Positions 1 through 8,101 are shown, counted from the stretch's first letter. The stretch: 64,000 nt of DNA from Bacillota bacterium (GCA_023419605.1 JAEZXR010000020.1:4108-68107); one strand, 5' to 3'. Notes: generated from the sequence alone by a model not told the origin. Made by a program: numbers and translations.

Positions 1-421
1 GTGTAAGATAGTAATTGCCAGCACCGCCATCAATATTAAAACAAACAATATGTGTTTTCCCTTCAACCTTGGGCGATTCTTCCATACTGTAAATGTAGCA
101 ATAATTACTCATGGTGTTTCTCAAAATTTTATTATATTCATTTGGATTTGCAGTTTTAGCTTCTACAGATTCAATCAAAGCTTGGTTTGAATCATAGACT
201 TTATAAGCCCCAAAAACAATTTTTTCTATTTGGACATTTTCAAAAACAATTTCAGCTTCTTCAATGCACATATCCTTATCAAAACTATTTTGCGAATTGT
301 GTATAGTTGCGTTGACCGCAGATAACTGCCATATCATATTTCCATCATGGAAGTCTATCTTTTGTAGTTCTGCATCGTGGAAGCTAAAGTGATTTAACTC
401 ATCAATCGCTATGTATCTCAT
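1..421 (-). CDS. hypothetical protein, N-terminal 140 aa only (gene runs off the left edge)
   Basis: Absent from the ORF track because there is no stop in the window. ATG at 421-419 has AGGAG 9 nt upstream (caagcAGGAGttcaacaatATG). I translated the reverse strand down to position 2 and found no stop: MRYIAIDELNHFSFHDAELQKIDFHDGNMIWQLSAVNATIHNSQNSFDKDMCIEEAEIVFENVQIEK... No family recognised. Confidence 0.5.
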   Translation of the reverse strand, partial: MRYIAIDELNHFSFHDAELQKIDFHDGNMIWQLSAVNATIHNSQNSFDKDMCIEEAEIVFENVQIEKIVFGAYKVYDSNQALIESVEAKTANPNEYNKILRNTMSNYCYIYSMEESPKVEGKTHIVCFNIDGGAGNYYLT

Positions 422-742
422 ATTGTTGAACTCCTGCTTGAGACAAAATATAATTTTCCTTATTTCGCTATTTAACTATCCTCTAACAATAATATTAATA
501 ATTTTCCATATAGTCAAATCTTTATGAAAGGACTTAATTATTGAGTTTATACTATTTGTTTACATATTTCAATGATAAATTACGATGCAAAAACAAGGAC
601 ATACGTTCTGGTACGTTCGTTTAATCCTTACTTATGAACATTGTGTTCATAAGTCAATTAACATTTTTAATACAATAAAGTACACACGGGCAAACGTTCT
701 GTATGTTAATGTGTAAACTACCTTTATGTATATGAACAATCA

Positions 743-967
743 TTATTTGCTATATAATTCAGGGCATAGTACCCTACTGGCTGTATCAATTATGCTGTCA
801 ATAACTTCTTGATTGTGTTCTTTTGCAAAACTTAGGTAAACCCACATTTTGGCTTCCTCATCATATATCTTTAGTTTTACTTCCCCATCCTCATAAGTGA
901 TTTCAGTATATTCTTTACCGTAAAGGACAATCACTTCTTCCTTAATTACCTTTTTATTGTTCATCAT
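743..967 (-). CDS. hypothetical small protein (74 aa)
   Basis: Track ORF is 743..991. The internal Met at 967 is preferred because AAGGGAG lies 8 nt upstream of it. No recognisable domain. Confidence 0.4.
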   Translation of the reverse strand: MMNNKKVIKEEVIVLYGKEYTEITYEDGEVKLKIYDEEAKMWVYLSFAKEHNQEVIDSIIDTASRVLCPELYSK

Positions 968-1171
968 AAATAGCACTCCCTTAGTAAACATTACATCATG
1001 CTTTGATGCTTATGACGATTATATGACAATCAAGAATGATTTTCAATCGAATATAAATAATATATAATCCAACATAACATATAGTAATATCTAGATATTA
1101 AGATTATGGAATAGTAATATAGCTATATTTTCAATTTGCGTATGACTATGGCTAAATATGGACATATTTGA

Positions 1172-1200
1172 TTGAATATAACAATTTCGTCTGATATAAT
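1172..1200 (+). promoter_or_regulatory. sigma-A-type promoter candidate (TTGAAT-17 nt-TATAAT)
   Basis: TTGAAT at 1172-1177, a 17-nt spacer, then TATAAT at 1195-1200. It sits about 30 nt upstream of the 1230/1239 ORF. Confidence 0.5.
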
Positions 1201-1229
1201 TTAACAAAAAGCAAATTGTAAATATGTAG

Positions 1230-1484
1230 GTGGAAGCTATGCTGGATTTCGTTGCTGAACTTAATAAGTTACCCAAAGAAGAATTCCAGGGAATAACACG
1301 AGAGGAACTTATAAAAATTAGTGCCAATATGAAAGATGGTGATAAAATTCTCCTGTACTCATCCGAGAAAATAGAATTTAAACTTTTTAAGATAAAGAGA
1401 AAAGTATATGAAGTTATATGCGAATTTGGAGATAGACCATTTACAGAAGTATTCAGGGCTATGATGAAAGCAAAAGGACTTTGA
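1230..1484 (+). CDS. hypothetical small protein
   Basis: Track ORF with a GTG start at 1230. The ATG at 1239 is equally plausible (AGGTGGA at 1228-1234). It follows a near-consensus promoter. No recognisable domain. Confidence 0.45.
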   Translation: MEAMLDFVAELNKLPKEEFQGITREELIKISANMKDGDKILLYSSEKIEFKLFKIKRKVYEVICEFGDRPFTEVFRAMMKAKGL

Positions 1485-1737
1485 AAATAGTATACTTAGT
1501 GAGATAAAAAGGATTAGGTATAATAAAGAAACACATTATTTATGATGTACCCCAGCATACGGGCTGTTTTCTTACAAAGGGGTATGGCACACCCACCCCA
1601 CCCCCTCTATGCAGGGGTCATTTCATTTCAATTTAGTAAACCCGCCCACCTATATTCTATTGCGTCGACTAATAAGTGGTTTGAATAGTATCTAAAAGTA
1701 TACTTATTGAGGACATAAATAACTAACACAATTACAG

Positions 1738-1768
1738 TATCGAAATGTACACATAATTAATTTCGATA
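1738..1768. repeat. 9-bp inverted repeat TATCGAAAT-N13-ATTTCGATA, with a third TCGAAA half-site at 1773-1778
   Basis: Read directly from the sequence. It lies immediately upstream of the recombinase promoter, so it is a candidate recombinase or regulator binding site. Confidence 0.4.
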
Positions 1769-1784
1769 ATTCTCGAAAATAATG

Positions 1785-1812
1785 TTGACATTTTAATACT
1801 ATTTGATATACT
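1785..1812 (+). promoter_or_regulatory. sigma-A-type promoter candidate (TTGACA-16 nt-TATACT) for the recombinase gene
   Basis: TTGACA at 1785-1790 and TATACT at 1807-1812. This overlaps the TTG start at 1803 used in the ORF track, which argues for a downstream start codon. Confidence 0.5.
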
Positions 1813-1844
1813 TTAGATACAGCAACTTATTGGAGGTAATGAAA

Positions 1845-2489
1845 ATGCCTAATGTATATGGATATCACAGAACATCAACCACTGACCAGCATCTTGATAG
1901 AGGAATCACTGCAATTAAAGATTATTGCCAAAACAACAATATAACTTTAACTGAAATGTTTACAGACCAACAGACAGGCAAGAACTTTAATAGACCAGAT
2001 TATCAAGCAATGAAAAGGATTGCAAAGAACAAAGGAGATATAATAATACTCTCTGAACTTGACAGGTTAGGAAGAAATAAAGAGGACACACTTAAAGAAC
2101 TTCAACACTATAAAAATTTAGGTGTAAGGGTAATGATATTAGAAATACCAACAACGCTGGTTGATTACTCAAAGATGGATAATTCTATGTCAACTATGAT
2201 AATGGAAACCATCAACAATATGCTTATTGAAATGTATGCCACCTTTGCCCATGCTGAAATGCAGAAGCGTGAAAAACGCCAAAAAGAAGGTATTCAATCA
2301 AAAAAAGTACGTGGTGAATGGGATGATTATGGCAGACCCAAAGCAATGGATTATGAAGTATTTTCAAAAGAGTACCAGAAGGTAAAGGAAGGGACTTTAA
2401 AGCCATTTGAATGTATGAGAAAACTTGGATTAACTAAACCTACTTTCTACAGGTATAAGAAGCAATATGAAGCAAAACATATGGAATAG
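1845..2489 (+). CDS. small serine recombinase (resolvase/invertase family) with a C-terminal HTH
   Basis: N-terminal catalytic motif YGYHRTSTTDQ, then GDIIILSELDRLGRN, then a C-terminal basic helix-turn-helix-like tail (LGLTKPTFYRYKKQ). Start moved to ATG 1845, which has GGAGG (1832-1836) 8 nt upstream. Confidence 0.85.
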   Translation: MPNVYGYHRTSTTDQHLDRGITAIKDYCQNNNITLTEMFTDQQTGKNFNRPDYQAMKRIAKNKGDIIILSELDRLGRNKEDTLKELQHYKNLGVRVMILEIPTTLVDYSKMDNSMSTMIMETINNMLIEMYATFAHAEMQKREKRQKEGIQSKKVRGEWDDYGRPKAMDYEVFSKEYQKVKEGTLKPFECMRKLGLTKPTFYRYKKQYEAKHME

Positions 2490-2573
2490 TAATAGAATAG
2501 CTTATGGAACATACTGGCATAGACTTTTTAAGGTATGTTCTATAAGCTATTTAAAGGCTATGTAATTGAATTC

Positions 2574-2780
2574 TTAGCCCTTCAAATGTTCAATAGTATT
2601 GAATACTATATTTTCAATTTCTGTGTCGGGTTCGTCTTTGTCAGTATCAACTAGGTTGCTAATTAGTGCTATTGCAGTATCTTTGTGTATAGCACCTTTG
2701 CAAACTGAATCCATTAAATAATCCATCATGCATTTAATTCTGAACAATTCTATAGTTGTGCATTCATATAGCTTAGCCAT
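2574..2780 (-). CDS. hypothetical small protein (68 aa)
   Basis: Track ORF is 2574..2792. The Met at 2780 has GGAGG 6 nt upstream. Divergent from the XRE gene. Confidence 0.4.
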   Translation of the reverse strand: MAKLYECTTIELFRIKCMMDYLMDSVCKGAIHKDTAIALISNLVDTDKDEPDTEIENIVFNTIEHLKG

Positions 2781-2961
2781 ATTTACCTCCATTATGCATA
2801 TTGTTTTTTAAAAGTTACATATTAACCTTATAAAGTTAATTGTATCAGTTAACGTCACAAATGTAAAGAGTATTATTTTAACTTTGTAAGAATAAAATTT
2901 TGCATATTATTGAACTGTTTAACTCTACATGATAAAATAATAGCCATATGGGGGTGAGGCA

Positions 2962-3186
2962 ATGATTAAATGTAATTTGCGTAGGCTTATGGCTGATTAT
3001 AAGATTGATGATATATCCGATTTGATGAGAATGTCCGGATTAAGTCGTAATGCTATTAATAGGCTTTATAAGGGTACTGACGATGATATAGAGGTAACAA
3101 GTCTAAAGACATTAATAACGCTTTGCAAAGTATTCAACTGTAAATTATCAGATTTATTGGAATATGCACCAGACAATACAAAATAA
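2962..3186 (+). CDS. XRE/Cro-C1-type helix-turn-helix transcriptional regulator
   Basis: The 74-aa sequence LRRLMADYKIDDISDLMRMSGLSRNAINRLYKG...LITLCKVFNCKLSDLLEY matches the typical HTH_3/XRE pattern. GGGGGTGAGG RBS upstream. Confidence 0.8.
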   Translation: MIKCNLRRLMADYKIDDISDLMRMSGLSRNAINRLYKGTDDDIEVTSLKTLITLCKVFNCKLSDLLEYAPDNTK

Positions 3187-3333
3187 ATCTTATTACTGTT
3201 TACAATCTTATATTTGATTGACATGCTTTAGGATTTTAAATATAATAATAAAAGATTAACCGTTGGTTTATATGTGGTATAAACCGTTTCAAAACTAGGA
3301 TTTTACAAGGTTTTAAGTGGGTGAAGGCTAAAA

Positions 3334-3383
3334 ACGGTCTCCAAAACCGTAAGTTGCGGGTTCGAGTCCTGTCTCCCCTGCCA
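3334..3383 (+). pseudogene. 3' half of a tRNA-Trp(CCA) gene: anticodon arm to CCA, with the 5' acceptor and D arm missing
   Basis: Anticodon stem ACGGT/ACCGT with loop CTCCAAA (anticodon CCA). T arm GCGGG-TTCGAGT-CCTGT. Acceptor 3' strand CTCCCCT, then G, then CCA. It closely parallels the 3' half of Bacillus tRNA-Trp as I remember it. No complementary AGGGGAG or D arm in the preceding 100 nt. Confidence 0.6.
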
Positions 3384-3388
3384 GATGA

Positions 3389-3421
3389 AAAGCTTGAAGC
3401 TAAAAGGTTTCAAGCTTTTTT
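3389..3421 (+). terminator. rho-independent terminator following the tRNA fragment
   Basis: Perfect 10-bp stem AAAGCTTGAA/TTCAAGCTTT with a 10-nt loop, running into a T-tract. Confidence 0.7.
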
Positions 3422-3522
3422 ACTGTTCTTGAAACAGGTAGTATTATCTTCCTGTGTGATATATCGTAAATGTAAAAAGTGTGAGCTTAAGATTATTTAT
3501 ACAATATGTAGGGTGTGAGAAT

Positions 3523-4602
3523 GTGAATAAAATTTCAATAATAAAACAATATGCCGATAAAATCATCGAAAATATGGCGTCTGCGGAGGAACGTAAAAAC
3601 GCATATATTCATACTTATGGTGTCGCTCAATGTTGTTCAATAATTGCCGGAAGAAGAGGATTAAATCCCGAACTTGCATATATTAGCGGACTTTTACATG
3701 ATATTTATGCTTATTATACCGGAAGCTACTTATGTCACGCCCAAAGCGGTGCGGATATGGCTCGTTCGGCAATCAGAAATATGAATGTTTTTTCGGATGA
3801 TGAAAAAACAATTATTTTATCAGCAATTTTCCATCACTCTAACAAAGAGCTTATCCATGATGCATACGATGAAGTTTTAAAAGATGCAGATATTTTACAG
3901 CCTTTTTTAAACGACTCATGTTTTCGTGTATTTTATCTTGCTGTCCCACGTCTTAATAAAATGGTTGATGAATTTAAAATTGCTGCAACGCCTATCGAAT
4001 ATGGACGAGAACAAGAAAAATCAACGAAAAAAACATTTAAAAAATCAGTATTTGCTGATATTGCGGAGGAATTCGCTGCAAAAAACATATGTGGTGAAAA
4101 AGACAGTAAGATTTATATGGATATTATCAAGTATTATCCTGAGGCGGCTGCCTTTGACGAACTAAAAAATAGTTGGTGTGCCGCTTTTGTCTATCATTGT
4201 GCATTAAAAGCCGGGATGGAACTTCCTATTCGACAACCACCATTTAAATATAGATTTGCAGGGGTAGGGACGTGGTATGAATGGGGCAAAGCCAATGGTT
4301 TTTGTTTTTATGAAAAAGGTGGATTTGTACCTTCGAGAGGTGATATTGTTATTTATAATAATATTGTTTTTCCAGATAACAAACCAAAAGATAGTGCATG
4401 GCATGACCATATCGGTGTAGTCCTTTCATGTGAAAGTGAATTTCTTGTTGTTGCGGAAGGCAATATAAACAACCAGAATGTTTCAGGAGTTATAAAAAGA
4501 AGACGTGACAATACAATTGGTTGTTTTGTAAGAATACCTGATGATTATAAATACGACGGCTGGAAATGTGATTACAAGACATATTTAGTACACACAGTAT
4601 AA
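3523..4602 (+). CDS. HD-domain phosphohydrolase fused to a C-terminal CHAP (Cys/His amidohydrolase-peptidase) domain
   Basis: N-terminal half: HTYGVAQ...GLLHDIYAY...FHHSN...LKDADILQ (H..HD..H..D pattern). C-terminal half: NSWCAAFVYHC...GDIVIY...WHDHIGVVL...AEGNINN (CHAP Cys/His pattern). No signal peptide. Start is uncertain: GTG 3523 chosen, track start 3481. Confidence 0.7.
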   Translation: MNKISIIKQYADKIIENMASAEERKNAYIHTYGVAQCCSIIAGRRGLNPELAYISGLLHDIYAYYTGSYLCHAQSGADMARSAIRNMNVFSDDEKTIILSAIFHHSNKELIHDAYDEVLKDADILQPFLNDSCFRVFYLAVPRLNKMVDEFKIAATPIEYGREQEKSTKKTFKKSVFADIAEEFAAKNICGEKDSKIYMDIIKYYPEAAAFDELKNSWCAAFVYHCALKAGMELPIRQPPFKYRFAGVGTWYEWGKANGFCFYEKGGFVPSRGDIVIYNNIVFPDNKPKDSAWHDHIGVVLSCESEFLVVAEGNINNQNVSGVIKRRRDNTIGCFVRIPDDYKYDGWKCDYKTYLVHTV

Positions 4603-4798
4603 GAGTTGGTTTGCTATCTTTATGCTGCTTATTGTAGATGTATACTGCCCTGGGTTCTGACCCGGGGCTTTATTTGGTACTATAAAAGCGTAGATGCTGT
4701 ACACTAAGAATCGGTGTTGAGCATTTGCGCTTATTATTTTACAATGAGGGAGTAATTGGCCTGACGGGGGGCTTATTGGATTATTACATCCGTCATAA

Positions 4799-5326
4799 AA
4801 ACTGTCAGCCATCCCTTGTTGTAAGCATTCGATTAAGCAGGTTGAAACCCATATGGGCTTTCGCGTAACGAACCAAAAAGAAGTGAATAAGACCCTGCAA
4901 TCTATTTTAACACAGATGCAGGAAATCGCAAGCTGCCTGCCGGAGTATGAAGTAGTTCGAGCCATGCCGGGCGTCGGTGAGGTACTCGCTCCAAGGCTCA
5001 TTGCTGAAATTGGAGATGTTAGACGGTTTCATAGTGGCAGCGCATTGATTGCTTACGCCGGCATTGATGCTCCTCCTTATGAATCAGGAACTTTTGTGGG
5101 GACGAAGCGACGAATATCAAAACGAGGCTCCTCTCTTTTGCGCAAAACAGGGTATGAAGTTATGAAATGTCTGAAAACCGTCAAGCCGACTCAAGACGCA
5201 GCAGTCTACCTTTACATGATGAAAAAGGAATCTGAAGGCAAAGCCAAAAAAGTTGCAAAAATTGCGGCTTTGAACAAGTTTCTGAAAATCTATTATGCCC
5301 GGGTAACCGAGGTGTATCAAGCTTAA
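4799..5326 (+). pseudogene. IS110-family transposase, C-terminal fragment only
   Basis: RAMPGVGEVLAPRLIAEIGDVRRFHSGSALIAYAGIDAPPYESGTFVGTKRRISKRGSSLLRKTGYEV is the conserved C-terminal (Transposase_20-type) region. The frame opens only at 4799 after a TAA. The N-terminal DEDD catalytic domain is absent. Confidence 0.75.
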
Positions 5327-5419
5327 CGACACAATATTATATGAACTATAGGCTAATTTTAAATTTCTAATTGGCCTATTTGTCATGCCTTAAAATACAA
5401 ACACATCATTTTAAAATTT

Positions 5420-5457
5420 GCTGAGAAAGCTCTTGACTTTTCTTAGCAGGTTTTTTT
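5420..5457 (+). terminator. intrinsic terminator candidate downstream of the IS110 fragment
   Basis: 9-bp stem GCTGAGAAA/TTTCTTAGC (one G-U pair), 10-nt loop, then AGG and T7. Confidence 0.5.
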
Positions 5458-5609
5458 GCCAGGGCTTCAACCGGATATAAAATATTGTCCTTTCTGCAAG
5501 GGGGATCGTAGGAATCTTTATGTAGAAAAGCTCTGGTAACAAGATTTCGAGAAGCCAAGACGGAGATGGAACAGACAGTTTCACAAAATTATCTAAGGAC
5601 ACTTAGGGC

Positions 5610-5656
5610 AATTAAGTTTAATATGGGTTTATTATAATAGCCCATATTAAACTTAA
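5610..5656. repeat. perfect 17-bp AT-rich hairpin (ATTAAGTTTAATATGGG-N13-CCCATATTAAACTTAAT)
   Basis: Read directly. It lies 14 nt from the stop of the minus-strand His-rich ORF. No U-tract on either side. Confidence 0.5.
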
Positions 5657-5669
5657 TATAACTCAAATG

Positions 5670-5882
5670 TTAATAACCATATGGACGCCCATCGCAGTGA
5701 CCGGAATGGTGTCCGAGATGGTGCCCAAAATGGTGGAAGTGATGGTGAATGTGGTGGTGGAAATGATGGAATCCATCAACGGGCATTACGGGAAACTCGG
5801 CTTTTTGAGCGTATGGAGTATGGCAAGGATTCATAGGTGCGTTGTTATCAAAGAAATCTTGCATGGCGAAATCTCTTTTCAT
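5670..5882 (-). CDS. questionable histidine-rich mini-protein (70 aa)
   Basis: C-terminal half GFHHFHHHIHHHFHHFGHHLGHHSGHCDG carries 17 His in the last 33 residues. There is no convincing Shine-Dalgarno at the 5882 ATG. The overlapping plus-strand ORF (5667..5978) is its antisense shadow. Confidence 0.35.
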   Translation of the reverse strand: MKRDFAMQDFFDNNAPMNPCHTPYAQKAEFPVMPVDGFHHFHHHIHHHFHHFGHHLGHHSGHCDGRPYGY

Positions 5883-5921
5883 AAACTTTTTTATTTATAT
5901 TATTATGTATACTATAGTGAA

Positions 5922-5939
5922 GTGGTTACATGTAACCAC
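5922..5939. promoter_or_regulatory. perfect 18-bp palindrome GTGGTTACATGTAACCAC (candidate operator)
   Basis: Read directly. It sits 40-57 nt upstream of the His-rich ORF start on the minus strand, next to a TATAGT -10-like hexamer. Confidence 0.3.
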
Positions 5940-6157
5940 GAATTTGGAAAAGCCATATTTGAGATTGAAGGAGCATGAGAAATTCCTTATTTCTAAAATT
6001 TTAGAGGCTGGAAGAAAAATAAAAACACATTTCCTTAGACTTGCGTTGAAAGGAGAGGTATTTATGGCTATGGGGCTGTTTATTCAAATACAGTAATGAT
6101 CTCGATGGGCATGCAAAATCGCTGGGGGAAGAGTAAAATTTCGGAGCCTTCAAAAGT

Positions 6158-6188
6158 AAATAAGGCAGAGGATGACCCTGCCTTATTT
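6158..6188. terminator. bidirectional terminator-like hairpin, the group II intron target motif
   Basis: Perfect 11-bp stem AAATAAGGCAG/CTGCCTTATTT with a 9-nt loop. T-rich on the plus side (TTATTTTAT) and on the minus side (TTATTTACTTTT). The intron 5' end lies 6 nt downstream. Confidence 0.6.
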
Positions 6189-6598
6189 TATGATGTGCGC
6201 CCGGCATGGGCGCAATCTAACGGGTGAAAGTCCCGAGTGTGGGTTGATAGTGCCAAGCACATAGCCGAGAGCAAGGGTGTCCATCGTGAGGTGGAATCTG
6301 AAGGAAGCTGGAGGCAAACTTCCGGTCTGACGCACAGAAACTACATCAGGCATATATATGCTGGGTAAGGTTGCATTTCAAACTGAAGCCCCAAACTATC
6401 CGGAAGCATATGGTGTAAATGTAGCAGATAGATGGAAGGAAAGATTGCGTTCTTACCTGGGGAGGTCTCATGGACGTGTGAAAACAGAGTATGAAACACG
6501 GTTGAAACAAGATTTATCATGAGAAGTCAGCAGATACCGTAGTACTCCCGGCAGTCGACGGCAGGGAGGAAGGGTTGAACCATGGGAGGTGAAAGTTA

Positions 6599-8014
6599 AT
6601 GAAAGTTACTGATAAAGAAATAAAGTACTGCCAACCCCGAAAGGAGGGCTCACTGCAAAAGGATAGCTCGGGAAGTGAAAGATATGCAGGAGTGTACGAT
6701 TCTTTGAAGATAGCTGAAAACAACATCACCAATGCAGACAAGTCGAAGGAAGGATTACTTGAGAGAATAATGGAGAAAGACAATCTGAACAAAGCGTTTA
6801 AGAGGGTTAAATCCAACAAAGGTGCTCACGGAGTTGATGGGATGGAGGTAGATGAACTTCTGCAATATCTTAAAGACAATGGAGACCAGCTCAAAGAGTC
6901 CATCCTAGAGGGTAAATACCGTCCAAACCCCGTCAGAAGAGTAGAAATACCCAAAGAAGACGGAAAACAGAAAAGAAAATTGGGAATACCCACAGCAGTC
7001 GACCGAGTTATACAGCAAGCGATAGCCCAAGTATTGACGCCAATATTCGAGAAGCAATTTTCAGACAACAGTTATGGGTTCAGACCCAAACGGAGTGCAC
7101 ACGACGCTATCAAGAAATGCCAGGAGAATATACAACAAGGATACAAATATACTGTAGACCTGGATTTGGAGAAGTTCTTTGATACAGTGAATCAAAGCAA
7201 ACTGATTGAAGTACTATCAAGGACAATAAAGGATGGGCGGGTAATATCGCTCATCCATAAATACTTGAGGGCAGGAGTTATTGTCAGACACAAGTACGAG
7301 GATACGGAAATCGGGGTACCTCAGGGAGGGCCGTTAAGTCCGATACTCAGCAACATCATGCTGACGGAATTGGATAGGGAACTGGAAAGAAGGGGACATC
7401 GGTTTGTCCGTTATGCGGATGACCTCATTATCCTAAGCAAAAGTAAAAGGAGTGCCAAGCGTACCCTTGAGAAGATAATACCCTTTATAGAAGAGAGACT
7501 GTTCCTAAAGGTAAACAGGGACAAAACGGTGGTTGACTACGTGGGGAAGATAAAATTCCTGGGATTCGCATTTTACCAGCACAAAGGCAATGCAAGAGTC
7601 AGAATTCATCCGAAAGCCATTACGAAAATGAAGAAAAGGATCAAGGAACTGACAGCAAGAAGTAATGGAATGAACAATGATGACAGGATAAAGGGACTGA
7701 AAAGCTATATTATGGGGTGGATTAACTACTTCAAAATAGCAGATATGAAGAACCTACTGCTTGAAACGGATGAATGGATGAGAAGACGGATTCGTATGGT
7801 CCACTGGAAACAATGGAAGAAAGTAAAAACCCGATTCAAGATGCTGCAGACTCTTGGAATTTACAAGCAAAAAGCCTGGGAATATGCGAACACAAGAAAA
7901 GGCTACTGGAGAATATCCAACAGCCCGATACTTACCAAATCTCTTAATAATGATACTTTGAAGGGATTTGGATATATGTTCTTTTCTGATTATCATCGAC
8001 AAGTCACAGCGTAA
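6599..8014 (+). CDS. group II intron reverse transcriptase/maturase (no endonuclease domain evident)
   Basis: 471 aa. RT motifs RVKSNKGAHGVDG, YRPNPVRRVEIPKEDGKQKRKLGIPTAVDRVIQQA, FRPKRSAHDA and YADDLIIL. Maturase X domain (GWINYF). The C-terminus ends without HNH/Zn-finger motifs. Confidence 0.95.
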   Translation: MKVTDKEIKYCQPRKEGSLQKDSSGSERYAGVYDSLKIAENNITNADKSKEGLLERIMEKDNLNKAFKRVKSNKGAHGVDGMEVDELLQYLKDNGDQLKESILEGKYRPNPVRRVEIPKEDGKQKRKLGIPTAVDRVIQQAIAQVLTPIFEKQFSDNSYGFRPKRSAHDAIKKCQENIQQGYKYTVDLDLEKFFDTVNQSKLIEVLSRTIKDGRVISLIHKYLRAGVIVRHKYEDTEIGVPQGGPLSPILSNIMLTELDRELERRGHRFVRYADDLIILSKSKRSAKRTLEKIIPFIEERLFLKVNRDKTVVDYVGKIKFLGFAFYQHKGNARVRIHPKAITKMKKRIKELTARSNGMNNDDRIKGLKSYIMGWINYFKIADMKNLLLETDEWMRRRIRMVHWKQWKKVKTRFKMLQTLGIYKQKAWEYANTRKGYWRISNSPILTKSLNNDTLKGFGYMFFSDYHRQVTA

Positions 8015-8022
8015 ACTATGGA

Positions 8023-8054
8023 ACCGCCGTATACCGAACGGTACGTACGGTGGT
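8023..8054 (+). other. group II intron domain V (catalytic helix)
   Basis: CCGCCGTAT ACC GAAC GGT AC GTACGGTGG: a 9-bp lower helix, a 2-nt AC bulge and a 3-bp upper helix. Positions 2-4 of the lower helix read CGC rather than AGC. GTACGTACGG matches the 3' strand seen in Ll.LtrB. Confidence 0.7.
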
Positions 8055-8101
8055 GTGGAAGGTCGGCTGCTAAAATAATTAGCAGCCTCCTATCCGATTT
8101 C

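Larger units (their letters stand above)
6195..8098 (+). mobile_element. complete bacterial group II intron (about 1.9 kb), probably class C (IIC)
   Basis: 5' end GTGCGCC at 6195. Intron-encoded RT ORF in domain IV. Domain V at about 8023-8054. Domain VI has GGAAGG (8057-8062) pairing with CCT[A]TCC (8089-8095), with A8092 bulged. The 3' end ...CCGAT at 8098 lies 6 nt after the bulged A, which parallels the Ll.LtrB 3' end layout. Exact boundaries are +/- a few nt. Confidence 0.8.

Noticed and set aside
3321-3518. A 65-aa plus-strand ORF from the track.
   Set aside because: It reads straight through the tRNA-Trp fragment and its terminator hairpin and has no RBS, so it is an artefact.
6064-6096. 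A 10-codon mini-ORF (MAMGLFIQIQ) behind a strong AAAGGAGAGG RBS, as a leader peptide. The containing track ORF is 5842..6096.
   Set aside because: It is too short to evaluate, no downstream gene sits in position for attenuation, and a terminator hairpin and the intron follow it. It may be the remnant of a disrupted gene start, so it is recorded only.
5667-6096. Plus-strand track ORFs 5667..5978 (103 aa) and 5842..6096 (84 aa).
   Set aside because: The first is the antisense image of the His-codon run (rich in M, V and E from ATG/GTG repeats). The second has no RBS at its start and spans a palindrome and AT-rich spacer. Neither has motifs.
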